A model generated the notes under the pieces. The model saw only the letters and a program-made list of their open reading frames with translations, searched no databases and was not told where the DNA came from. 64,000 bases of DNA from Enoplolaimus lenunculus (Eukaryota), in assembly GCA_030248215.1 (NCBI GenBank), contig JASANG010000424.1, forward strand, positions 310,001-374,000, written 5' to 3'. Position 1 is the stretch's first letter. Every line of letters starts with the position of its first letter. A program made the translations under genes and the position numbers. Below are positions 12,522-25,700 of this stretch, piece by piece.

Positions 12522-15500
12522 GTATATATTTGTGTAACAAATATGCCAATAATTGTAGGTCTGCAGTTTATATAAAAGGATTCAGTAAAATTGTAGAATT
12601 TTTACCAACAGTTCTTCAGCGATTCCATATTTTCTATTTGATCTTACATTTAGGATTCGAACACTCAATACTCTAATACGATTGGCGTTTACAATCGCCG
12701 CTAGATTATAAGAGCTGGACAATCGAGCCAAACACTTTATATTTAATCTTTCTGGTTGTTTGGTGTCAGAGTTTAAGATGAAAGCTAATATTTGCATAAG
12801 TGTCGACTCACCCTTTGATTTGAACACAGGGGAAGACAGGATGATGTATCCCTCCATCAACCCTGTCGAGCCGAAAATTGAACAATGCAATTGATCCATC
12901 TGAAGCTTACAATATGTTTTCTAGCCGAATTGTTGAAAAATATGGCGTTGGCGGTTCAAATAGATTTTGAGCCTTTGGCGCAATTTGAATTCTTGAAATG
13001 TAGCAATATTTGTTAAAAACTGTAAAATGTCGGTATAAAAGAAGAACCAATGTTACTTTTAGGGCCGTAACCAGTAGATTAAGCGTATTCAATAAGCTTG
13101 AGCCTAAGCGTTGCAAAAATGTGTTCCTAAGCAGTAAAAAGCCTACGCAAAAAATGTACTAGAATCTAAACCTACTCTTATACAGTCTCACCCAGAATCC
13201 TGGACGCCCCTAAGAGTAAACATGGACCAAAAAGTATCCGACCCACCGGGAAAATCGTAGATTCATCCCTGTATCTTTAGGAACAAAGCCATTTTGCAGC
13301 CACTGATTTAGAGGTTACAATGGACGCTTCATAAAGTTAAGTATACGATTTAAGTTGTGGACATTGCCGGCGTAAGCGCCCTCAAACCCCGAATTGAGAG
13401 TTTTACCCCACAGTGGCCCATTTTGGCTTACTAAAAATTTTTTTCGCAAACCACGAAATAAATAGAGCTGTGAAACAATTTACCGAGAGCCGGAACTGTT
13501 TGGGACGGGAGTTCCGACTATCCTAACGTTGTCCCTGCTGGGGACAGCTCAATATATGTGAGGATATACCCATGCAAATTACATATAGTCCGACCAGTAC
13601 AGAGCGAACGTCAAATCTGAGCTTATACAGAAAACGGGGTTTAGTGAATTTTTTGTCCCTGACCTCGGCAAGTTATTTTCCAACGACGAATTGTCAGAGC
13701 TAAATTTTCAGGGTGAAGTAAACGTAATGCAGGCGAGTGTTTCCGGGGACAAATTTTAACGGAGACCAATTTTTTAGCAAAACAGTTTCTGGGACGGTAT
13801 TTGTAAAGAATTAATGAATAAACTACAGGAACAGGAAGTGAATTTTGCGGAAACAACTTTTCCACGGATGAATTGTCGGGCACAACATTTCCACATTCGA
13901 GGACATGGCCCCAATTCCTATTCGTTCAATGAAATAAAATTCAGTTTAGCACTTGTACACTTCCTCAACATTTACGCGTACACTGCAAACAATGGTGAGT
14001 CAAATTGACTCTCTCCGAAGTCAGTCGCATTTGACACTGGCGGCCTCGAATTTGACTCAGTTTGTGTAGTTCGGAGGAATCTATTTCGGAAAGAGTCAAT
14101 TTGATTCACCATTTTGTGCAGCGTAACTGGAAGCAAGCATAACTAAATTTGCGTTGATATTTAATACTAAAATTGCGTCTGGCTTCTCGCTCGCTTCGAC
14201 CAAGATGCACCTTTGTTTTGACCTTCGTTTGCTAAGACATATGGTATTTATGCGTTCGATTCCTTCAGACACACTCCAAACTGAAGTTGGGTACAGCGTT
14301 GAGGCATTTAAGTGTTACAATTTTCCCCTCAGAAAATGTTTTGTAAAAAAGATAAGGTCCCTACTTTTTTCGTCTGAAAATTTTTGTAATAAAATGATAT
14401 ATAAGGTCCTTTTTACCTTACAATTTTTGCGTCACAAAATTTTTTGTGATAAAATGGTAATGTTCCAACCTTACAATTTTTCCACTTCACAAAATTTTTT
14501 GGTTATAAAATGATAAGGTTTCTAAACTTACAAATGGTTGCGTTTTATAACATTTGTCGCCCTGCCCTCCGCGTCGCAAATTCCTGGATCCGCCGATATA
14601 AGTAAAGCTCAGTGTCGCTCTTAAGGGTTATCCAAGCCCCCCCTCACAAAACCAAACTTCGGGTCCTGTGCAAGCGGTCAATCCAAAATTGTTTCGATGG
14701 ATGCCTTGAGTCAGAGTTTGGCCAAGTTTTTCAGCTCAAATTAGACTCGAATCCAACCGTTCGAGTTTTCTTCAAAACCTCCTAAATTCTTTGGACCAAG
14801 ATAGTAAACTAGCACGTATCGTCCGTTATGTGTGCCCCAGTTGGAAGAAATATCGCGAGCGACGGGGCGTACGCCCTCCTTCGCCCCCCCCCCCTGGATC
14901 CGCTAGTGCTTATAAACGATGATTTATGCCTGAACATATTTCGGAATGATACAACTTTGCTAAACTAATAAAGCACTAAAATTTAATGATGAGATATAAT
15001 ACTAACTAGCAAGGTGTTCTTACAGACTCGATACAAATTTTAGACCATAGGCCCTCGGATCGGAAAGTTTTGTAACCGTTAAAAGATGCGTCTAATGTCG
15101 GAGTGGAACAGTAGTATATTCCTAAGCCTAAACTTAACCGTACGAATAAACTTATTTCTAAGCCTATGCCTAACTCTAAGCCTAAAATAGTCTAAAGCTT
15201 AAAATTATTCGAGTTCCACGCAATATGATCTTTACGTGGATCATTTGTTTAATGACAAAATATTTGCGCTTTGAACCACGTCTTCATCTCAATGTACGAA
15301 ATCATTATTAATATTGCACCCCCAAAAAAGACAATAGACAGATTCCGTTGTGTAGTTATTAAACAATAAACGCAGCCACCGTAAACATTACCTATCACAC
15401 AGGGGTCGACGGGGGCATTCGTATTGCGACGTTAATACGCAAATTTTCATCACTCGTTAATATATACGTAAAATGTATATATATACATATATATGTATAT

Positions 15501-17864
15501 ATATGTATGTATATATACATATATATCGATTGTGCAAAATATAAAGATTTGGAAATTTAAGCAAATTCCGTTCTTTATACGTCAGAAAAATAAGTTTTGC
15601 TTAATATATTGTCTACCGAAAACATTATTTCAGTTGTTTCAGCGTTCGTACCTCGTTTTCCGTTTCAATTATATTTTTTGCCCTTTAAATACGACGTTTC
15701 GTTTTAATTTATTAACATATTGACCCATGCTACTTTAACGGGCGTCCAGGTTTCTAGAGGGTCAATAAAGTAGTAGGATTACATTCTAGACTACATTTTG
15801 TTAGGCTTAGGCTTACACTTTAGGCTTAGGTTTAGGCTTAATCTTAGGAACACATTTTTGCAACGCTTAGGCGTAGGCTTAGGAATACGCTTAATCTGCT
15901 GTTACGCCCCTAAAAGTAACATTGGCTAATATATTGATAACTTTTTTTTGCAAATCCAGTGTTGTATTTATTTACAAATTTTTACTCATTTACTCAAATT
16001 TGTGAAACTTAAAATTTGGTTAAAATTTTAAAAATGAAGAATTCAAGGCGTTCCAGTAAGAAAGATATTTTGTTTTCGTTCAATAATTGAGAGATTGGTA
16101 AAAGACAGATATGTCAAAGTTGATAATTGTTCAAATTTTTTGCCCATGTAAAGATCAGGGGCGGAACGTTTTTCTCTGTGACTAGAAAAGAGTAAGGTTA
16201 AGCTATTTTTTGCTCGGCTTAGATTAGGCTTAGGAATATGCTCATTCTTGCGCTTAGGCTTAGGCTTAGACTTAGGAATATGCTCATTCTTGCGCTTAGG
16301 CTTAGGCTTAGGCTTAGGAATATGATCATTCTTACGCTTAGGCTTAGGCTTAGACTTAGGAATGTGCTTATAATACTGTTCCGCCCTTGTTTTCTATACT
16401 GGTCCAATTTTCGATTGCAAAAACTTTACTTGAAATTTCATTCCAAAATCAATATAAAATCATGAGACATTTAACCAGGACGGTTTCGTTTCTGTTAATC
16501 ACCAAAATTTTCTTTTATTTTATATGTTGTTTACAGAATTCGCGTGTAGAATTTATCATTGTTTCGAAAATAGGTACCACGCCTAAGTTTGACTGAAAAA
16601 AGTTTATTCAAAATTAATCTTTATTCTTCAAATATCTAGAAATTTTTTTTAATCTTTATATGAAGAAATTTTGAAAAATCAGCAGAAACTCTAAATACTG
16701 AATTCTACTGCTACACTGCAAATTTCTGGCTATTTTCTAGTTAACAACAGTAAACATTAACTCACTTTGAGTTATATTAATTCCGGTCTTGTTCATTAAT
16801 TTCCTAAGAATGAGTTCAATCAATTGAGAATTCTGAGTTTTGTAAGACCGAATTCAGACCCAGTGATTCAACTCGTTCTGAATTAATATCAAATCCCTGA
16901 AAGTTTGCATTGCGGTTGAAATTACAAGCTTACAAACCAGGCTGAAACATTTCTAGAAGGGGCTAAATGTTTTCTTGCAATGTCTGAACACCTGTGGCTC
17001 GATCCGGCTATTGTCCCACATATGGGTATATACAGGCACATAGATATAATGGCGTGTCCCTGAGTACTTTTTTCAGACTCAATGATTCAACTGATTCTCA
17101 ATTAATATCAATTCATTGGAACTTATGCCGTGTAAACGTTGATTGATATATGGCGAACTTTTCAGCGAAACTTTACAAAAAACCCACAACACACTGCAAA
17201 CAAATTAATATTAATAATTTTCGTGCGCACAGTTAATACGGGATTGCATAAAAACTGCAATTTCGCGGAATATCAAAAACGCAAAAGTTTAACAAATTTT
17301 GCAAATAAAATACTTCTTAAAATTTTAATTTTTACGCAATAAAATTTTCATAAACAAAATCTTTGCAGCGCACAAATGCCAAATATCGTGGCTGGGTCGA
17401 GAGGCAAACTAGAGAACCGCGTTTGACCCGAGTTATCAAATTAAGCCTTGTAGGTGTATTGCTTTGACGGAATAATTGTTAGCGGTTTTGCCAATACTTA
17501 GTTTTTACTTGTCGTATTTGCAGTGGCGTGCCACCGATCTAAATTTCAAGGGACGCCGCTGCTAAAATACAGCGTAATTAATTTTTACAGTATTAAAAGT
17601 GTACTTTTTATTAATAATGTAATACTGCATACTTTACGCGTTTATAAAGCCACATTCACACGTGCAAATTTTTTATAACAGCATTTATGCCACTTTTAGA
17701 TTCAAGGTTATTTTCTAATTATTTTTACGCTAAATAAAGGTAATATTATCGTAAATTTAGCTTAAAGTTGCCTAAGATTGACGCTTAATACTGTTTCGAT
17801 AAGCGTTTAGCTGAATGCCAAAGCATGCTTAGTTCTTGGACACTGCCGCTCATAATTAGGCTAA

Positions 17865-18290
17865 GGGTTAGGCTTAGGTTTAGGAAACATTTTTACCTAT
17901 GTCTAATACTTTCTTGAACCTATGTCTTAACCTTAACTGTGAGGATAGCGTATAAGAACTCAGTATACACTAGCATACGCCTTAACGCCTATTGAGTTTT
18001 TCGACACTTCGCCCCCACATGACGTTTAGGCTTAGGTTTAGGTATAGGAAAGATTTTTACCTATGCGTAATACTTTGCTTAAGCATAAGCGTTAACCTTA
18101 ACTGTGAAGATAGCGTATAAGAACCCAGTATAGACAGGCATACGCCTAAAGCCCATTGCGTTTTTGGACACTTCGCCCCACATTTATGCTGAGGTTTAGG
18201 CTTAGGTTTAGGTTTAGGAAACATTTTTACCTAAGCCTAATACTTTGCTTGAGCCTAAGCCTTAACGTTAAATGTGGAGATAGCGTACAA
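17865..18290. repeat. ~165-bp tandem repeat (about 2.5 units) with ttaggc/ttaacc motifs
   Basis: ttaggcttaggtttagg..aaacatttttaccta recurs at ~17869, ~18026 and ~18197. Confidence 0.7.
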
Positions 18291-18498
18291 CAGCGGTGTA
18301 CGGTTTGAGTTAATTTCGTCGTTTAGTCTGTTTTACACAGGAAGATTAAAGAAAGTTAGTTTCACTTGTAAATATTTGTACGTGCACCAGTTAGCATTAG
18401 GTTTTCAAATAAAGCACCAACAAGGCTGGAACGTATCCATAATGGGCATTCGCAAAAGCCCGAATAAACAATTTTAGTGTCTTTTTGCTAATTTAGTA

Positions 18499-18939
18499 CT
18501 GTAGTGACCCAAATAAGAGGGGGGACTTATATTTATTTGGGCTCTATAGAGGGTACCCCCTGTTATTCGGTTACGTACTGCTATTTATTTTCTAACCGCG
18601 CTCCGCCACTTTTCGTTACTGATATATATCCGGTATTGCAACTATCCGTTGAGTTAAACGTGTTTTGCCTTGCATCAAATGCTAGAGCGATATTGCAAGG
18701 TTATACTTTGGAATGTTACTTTCAAAACTTAAGTACGCTTTAAACTTTTGAACTCAACATAATTTGGTCCTGGAGTCATTTACGTGCTACAATTAAGGAT
18801 AAATGACATTTATGAACTCCAATTAGGGTTTAGGGACTCTATCCGTTTACGGACTCTTATTAGGATACGGAATCCTATTGTTTAGGACTCAAAATGGGGA
18901 CCCCTCTTATTATCCCCCCTCTTATTTGGGTCACTACAA
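18499..18939. mobile_element. TA-flanked Tc1/mariner-like MITE
   Basis: TIR ctgtagtgacccaaataagaggggg with TA flanks; copies or fragments near 4850-5190, 7748-8030, 30444-30880, 34872-35210 and 48395-48545. Confidence 0.7.
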
Positions 18940-19731
18940 TAATTAAAAATTTAATTTTTTAACGTTTCGTAAACCTTATCTTTTGGAAATAAAATTATTA
19001 ATACCTGCGTCATTCGATGATGTTTATTGGTTAATTCTCTAATTCAGCTATTAATACGTAATCAGCGGTGCGTTTGAAGGGGGCCGAAATCTCTTTCGTC
19101 AAAATTTTTTTTATAAAAACAGTAATTGGTAACTCTAAGTGCACTTTTGTACCACAAAAAATAAATAACTTCAACTTTTCAGTCACAGAACCCATTTGAA
19201 CAGGACCCAGACTAAGCCTTGTAAGCTTTCCACGCGCACGATCGGTGTCGTCCAGCTTAGGAACTGCGTTCTAAGAGCCACCGGTTGTTCAGGACGAACA
19301 AGTATTGAAAACGCAGATTAGATTTCGTCGGCGTGAAGACCACTCTCTAAAAGCTTACCCTAACTTGCTTTAAGCTTAAGCTATTCCAGCAGTATTAAAC
19401 TAAGTTTCTCGATTATCTGAACTGCCAGGTTGGTTTACTCTTAGACTATTAATTTAAAATCTTACGTATTTTTAGTTTAAGCTAAGCTTAGTGAACTCTC
19501 AAATACACATAATTTCTGAGCTGAATTTGTTACTTCATAAACCAAAAATAAGTTTACTTAAGCTCGTGTTAAACTTAAAAACATGTTAGTATAAGTAAAA
19601 CTTACAATTCTAGTTTAGTTAGTCCGTCCAGCCATTTGAGTATTACTTAAACTAATATTCAAGCATAGTTAAGCTATAATTTAAGTTTAAGTTTTTGCAG
19701 AGCAATTGCATTTGAAATATAAGACAGAATA

Positions 19732-22700
19732 ATGAGCAATAAAGTAAATAAGCAATCATCGACTTGTGCTGACAGCTCTTCGACAGTCGCTTTGGAGACA
19801 ACTAATGACAACGTGACTTCTAATCACAACTTTGAAGTAAGTTACAGTCAGCCTAGACAGGAACCGGAACTTGAGTCCTTTTTGTCTAAGCAGCTGGAAA
19901 TACTGGCATACAGTGATGGCTGGAATTAGAGGAGTTGGAATTCCGAGGCAGGTGGTATACCACTGCGCCACATAGCCCGTGTCTCCAACTGCTTTTGTCG
20001 TCACTATATATAGACCGTGTGCTGCCGGCTAGCTAACGCACTACACTGTATTGCATGTTAACATAACGGACAAGCATGTCTCATATGCTTACAATTTCAA
20101 ACCAGTGACAGTCAGGGAAAATGTCCAAAAAGGCGACCGCCCCCAGCTTTAAATTGATATAATTTTTTTCAACAGTTTGAATTTTTTGATTATATTTTTT
20201 GGGTATATTTAATTTGAAGTTTTCCAACTGACCTCTTAATTTATTCAGTTGCTCTTCGCATATGCTCCAGTCAGTATTCAAACTCACCTTGCTGGGTGAT
20301 GGTGAAAAATTATTAGGCCGGGCAATACGGGCATACGTTGATTTGTGATGATTGACAAGCAAGTTTGAAACATTTCTAGGACGCCTAAGTTTTTCTAGAC
20401 GAGGCAGAGCCCCACCGCTAGTCCACCCTCTGGCTGTGGGCCCGCATGTACCACCTACAAATACGCGAGCATTTACTGTTTTTGTGCAAATTTAAAAATT
20501 TCACTTATCTTTGTCATCCGCTTAAAAATTTAGTAAAAGTAAGGTATAAGTTCAAATTGGCGTTGTCAGCTCAAGTAGCGATAAGATCCTAACCAAGCGA
20601 ACTACCAAATGTACAATGCGATATTACTTTAGGACAATATGAAACCAAGTGTCGTTGCGAATGATGAAAATTCATTACAGTTGGACGAATTTCGATTGAA
20701 ATTAATGCAACAATTAATTCGAGCTCAACTTCAAACTCAAATAATTGAAACCGCTGCGTCGTGTAAGTTCCGTACAGTTCAACTTGAAACAATCAACAGT
20801 GAACTCGACGGGTCAAGTTTTGAACCGTTGTTGTTGTTGTTTCAATAATTTTTAAATGTTAAATTGTGACAGAAACCGAACAAAATTTCACATTCTAGCG
20901 TTAACAAATAAAATACAGTATTGAATGCTTCTATCTTTGCTTGTTGCTTGTCTAATTTTAGCCGGAGAATTTGCCAATATTTCCACCACAACAGCAGCTC
21001 AAGATACAATTGAACTGAACCAAGAGCAACCTTTAAGGCTTAAGAAATCTACTGAAATGAGCAATGTATCGTTACCCTCAACATCAATCATGGATGTGAC
21101 CCAGGAGTGTGAGAATATGAATGAGATTACACATGAAGACCCAATTGTCGACGACGAAAGCAACATTGAAACCAGAAACGAAAGTTGTTCAAAGATCAAA
21201 CCAAATTCAAGTTCAGCTTGGACGTACGAAGAGCAGTTCAAACAGGTATTTTTTCCGAAACCATCGAAATTCGAACAGATTAGCTGACGGCGTTCACGTT
21301 TATATAAACATTTGTAGAAACAAAAGAAAGAAGGGTACATGTATAGAACAGGGCCGGATCGTTTTCCGTCAGAGCTGTAATACAGTCAGTGTAAGCTTTA
21401 GACTAACATTTTTGCTTAGGCTTAGGCTTAGGCTTAGGCTTACGAATAGGCTCATCCTTGCGCTTAGGCTAAGGCTTCGGATTAGGAATAGGCTCATCCG
21501 TACGCTTAGGATTAGGCTTATGCTTAGGCTTACGAATAGGCTCATCCTTGCGCTTAGGCTTAGGCTTCGGCTTCGGCTTAGCAACAGGCTTATCTTTACG
21601 CTTATGATTGCGTTTAGGCTTAGGATTATGCTTGTACTACTGTGCCGGCCCTGTTCTATGCATGGGTCATAGTATTTGCTTGTAGTTTGTTGAAAACCTA
21701 TCGCTAACTGATCACTGGTGCGAGTCATTTTCGACAAAATACGGTTCAATGTGAATCTCTGTGTTTTTTCGATATTTTTATAATTAATTTTTTTATTATT
21801 TTTTTCAGTTATATGAATTGTCGCCGGATGTTGACAGACGAATATTCTTGGATGATTTGTTTGATTTTATGCAAAAACGAGGTTAGTAATTTGGGGAATT
21901 TTAATAATATTTTACTTTCGACGCAAGCTAAAATTTAAGTTGTTTCTAACTGATGCCGTATCCGAGCCCGTAGACAGAGGGTTGCCTTGTAACCTCAGCC
22001 CCCCCACCGTAGAAAAATATTAGCTCACAGAAAATCGTTGTAATTAGAAAAGTTATTAGCCCCATGTGTAAGCTTGTTAATTCAACCGCATAACCCGCCT
22101 AAGATAGCTTTGACCCACTAGCAAGTTGACCTGGTTACGAGTCTGGTCGTATAGCTCTCGCCGAAAGATTTTGCTCCCGTTAAGGTGGTACTCGGACTAG
22201 CAACATAAGGATTGACAATTCCCGGTTGAATTTCTTAAGCTACGCTGCAATTCATAACCCTTTCGTAACAATGGCTCTATAAGCGTCAAGTTTCATGTTG
22301 TTAAACATTTACCGACAGTAATTGTTTGTACATAACATCTGTCAGTGCCTGGTCCCATATTCTCAACTGTGTATAGCACCTACGGGCTGTTAACTAAAAT
22401 TGTTCAATCGAATGAGCTCAATGGCGGATCCATGCGGGGTGCCCCCCCCCAACAGCACCTCGACAAAAATTATATAGCAATTTTGTGACAATAGTTCGTG
22501 GTTTGTGTATGGGTCAAAAGTAAGTTTATTACCTGTGAAATTTTGGGGCCCCCATTTTGAGATCCTGGATCCGCCACTAACTAGTAAACTTGGCCCATAC
22601 TCTCAAATGTGTATAGCAACATCTAAACTTAGCCATTATTCTCAAACATCTATCACCGCCGGTTAAAGATAGGTTTTCAAACTGACAAACAGGTGCGGTT

Positions 22701-25700
22701 GCAAATCTCAAATTTTGCACAAAAATAGGCGAAATCAAATTTGAAATTGTGACGAATTCCGCACCATGTAAAAGATCAAGAGCGGAATGTTTGTCTGTGG
22801 GGCTAAATAAGAGTAAGCTTAAGCTTTAGACTAATTTTTTGATTGGCTTAGGCTTAGGCTTAATGTGGAATATGCTCATTTTTACGCTTAGGCTTAGGCT
22901 TAGAAATAGGCTTATAATACTGTTACGCCCCTGTTCTTTTCATTGGCCCGAATTTCCAACCTCTCCATATAGTAATTTGAAAGTTCCAAGACCAATCACC
23001 AACTAGTGATAGATGCTACACACATTTGAGAATACGGTCAAATGTATTCAACCGGACAAAAAGTGTACTTTATTTATTTTTACAACTTGTAAAAAAATGT
23101 ATAAACTACGCTGCTTGTCCAGTTCTAAGAAATATATTGGAAACCAACAATTTGCTGGCGCACTGCAAAAAATGATTAGTCAAATTGAGTCTCTCGGAAA
23201 TAGGCTTTTCCTGACTACAAATTGAGTCAAATTCAACTCCGCCAGAGTCAGATTCGACTTACTGAGCGTTTCCACTGAGCGATTCAGTAAATCGAATTGG
23301 ACTCTGACGGAGTCGAATTTTGACTCAGTTTGTGTAGTCAGGAAAAGCCTATTTCGGAGAGAGTCAAATTGACTCACCATTTTCGGCAGTGTGGTTTTAA
23401 GAATATAAAGCTAATAATAAAAGGCAGTTTTGTAATAAATATTTTCAGGGACACCAATCACTCGAATTCCAATAATGGCCAAACACGTACTTGATTTGTA
23501 CGAACTTTATCGACAAGTGACCGATAACGGTGGCCTGGTTGATGTTATTAACAAAAAATTATGGCGAGAAATAACGAAATGTCTCAGTTTGCCCAATTCA
23601 ATTACGTCGGCTGCGTTTACGCTACGAACCCAGTAAAAAAGCCTTGTTCTCGTCAGGGCCCATGTACAGAACAGGGCCGGATCGTTTTCCGGAGGCGCTA
23701 TAAATAGAGTCAGTTTAAGCTTTAGACTAATTTTTTTGGCTTAGGCTTAGGCTTAGGAATAGGCTCATCAATACGCTTAGGCTTAGGCTTAAGATTAGGC
23801 TTAGGAATAGGCTCATTTATACGCTTAGGCTTAGGCTTAAGAATATGCTTATACTACTGTTCCGGCCCTGTTGTATACACGGGGCCCTCGTCTGTAAGGC
23901 CAAAAGTTTTATCCGTGAGCAAATGTACCCCCTGCATTGGGCGCCCTAAGCTGCTTGTATGTCGATGTAAAAATTAGTGGCCACAGGTATGATCCCGTAT
24001 TCGGACCAGGCGGTCCCAGAGTCTTTTTTCAGGGCCGTAGACAGAATTTTATACGCGGACAAAACGATCCTGGATGAACGATTTTTGCGATTGTTGATCC
24101 GGGTACGTAACCAAACGCAGCCAATGGCGTAGCCCATTCCTCCCGCTGGAATGATATTGGTTGCCCTGAGAAATATTCACCAACCCTTGTATGCCCAGTC
24201 TAAAAAAATTTTCTAGCTTCTCGCTAACAAAGTGAGCTGGCTACTGGTCTGTGTTGAGTTCTCTGATCCAGAAGATTATCCTTAAGATCCGTCATTAAGT
24301 CTGCATTTTACCTGCGTTAAACTTGCCGCTATGCGTTTCCCTCATAATTTACCATTTTTGTTCGGAAATATGAACCCGTATTTAATCGCATATATACCGT
24401 ATTTCTATTTTAGGTACATGAAATACTTATATCCTTACGAATGTGCCCGACTAAAACTTTCCAGTCCTGAACAACTCCGTCAAGCAATCGACGGTAACAA
24501 ACGCGAATGCCGAAGGCCAACCGCAACGTATGCGCCGTATCCCAGTCCATCGGGACCGACGCATGACCCTAACGGCGGCCAAGATCAAACGAGAAGCCCT
24601 GCGTCCGTCGAAGACCAACGATGCGTGATTTCACACGCGTGCTTATTGGACAACCAATCAAATCATGATATTGATGCTGATGGTATGTTAGGTATTTATG
24701 GCTGATAAGAGGTGATACCATAAAATTTGAACGTCGCCGAAATATATAATGTGCTTTTAATTCGGACAAGCATAAAACAGAATTAAGCGTACTGTTCAAA
24801 TTTTAGTACTTGAGCAGTATTGGCTCCACCGGTCCGGAATTTGTCAGCGGCGCCCGGTCCGTATAATGATCTGGTCCAATCAGATCCGATTCGACCCTCG
24901 TCCAGGGCCAATCAGATCGAATTGGATCATGGTCCAGGGTCAATAAGATCCTATTCGATCCTGGTCCAGGGCCAATCAGATCCGATTCGATCCTGGTTCA
25001 CGATGGCTGATGTGAATGTGTTGCTTATAATTTTACTGCCTGTCGTTCCATTGTCTAAAAGGCAATAAATATTCTGTAAACCGAACAATCGCTGGAAACA
25101 GTATCACTGTAAATTTCAGTGAGTTGATTTTAACTCAGGATGAGTTGAATCTACTCAGAAGTCTGAGCTGTGAATTAAGTTTTTCAGAACTCAGAATTCT
25201 GAATTGATTGGACTCGTGCTGAGTTAATAAATCAACTCAACCGAAATTAAATCAGCTCTGAGCGTGTCTATGCTTAGTATTATTAATTAAAAAAATAACC
25301 AGAAATAACTAATTCTCTCTGAGTTGATTAATCAACTCATTGAAATTTACTGTGTATTTATGATTCTTGAGAAAATTGGAACGATTTACTTCCGCATCAA
25401 GTTTAGGTAGCGCTATGCTTTTGATAACGTTCGGCGCCGGAGCCTAAGCAAAAAATTAGCCTAAAGCTTCAGCTGCTCGAACCAATGACAAATTGATCAC
25501 TGGTTATGAAAAATGTTAATTTATATTTCAGATGAAACAGCAAATTTTGTATCAAATACCGACACGGATGGAACTCAAACCACAAGCCGACATTCGAGTT
25601 TACGTATAAATCCGCTTCTAAGTGCATTAAGCAGTGATAATTTGCTTTCAATAGCTTCACAGTTCAATAATTGCAATGAAGCTCGTGTTAAGTAAGTATT

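Noticed and set aside
12582..13050. Coding-looking minus-strand segment (105-aa and 69-aa ORFs)
   Set aside because: No recognisable motif or consistent splice model; possibly a decayed element
21121..21749. LRLRLR / SLSLSL ORFs (also at 6126, 16238, 29153, 31644, 33972, 43190, 45548)
   Set aside because: These are translations of TTAGGC arrays inside MITEs
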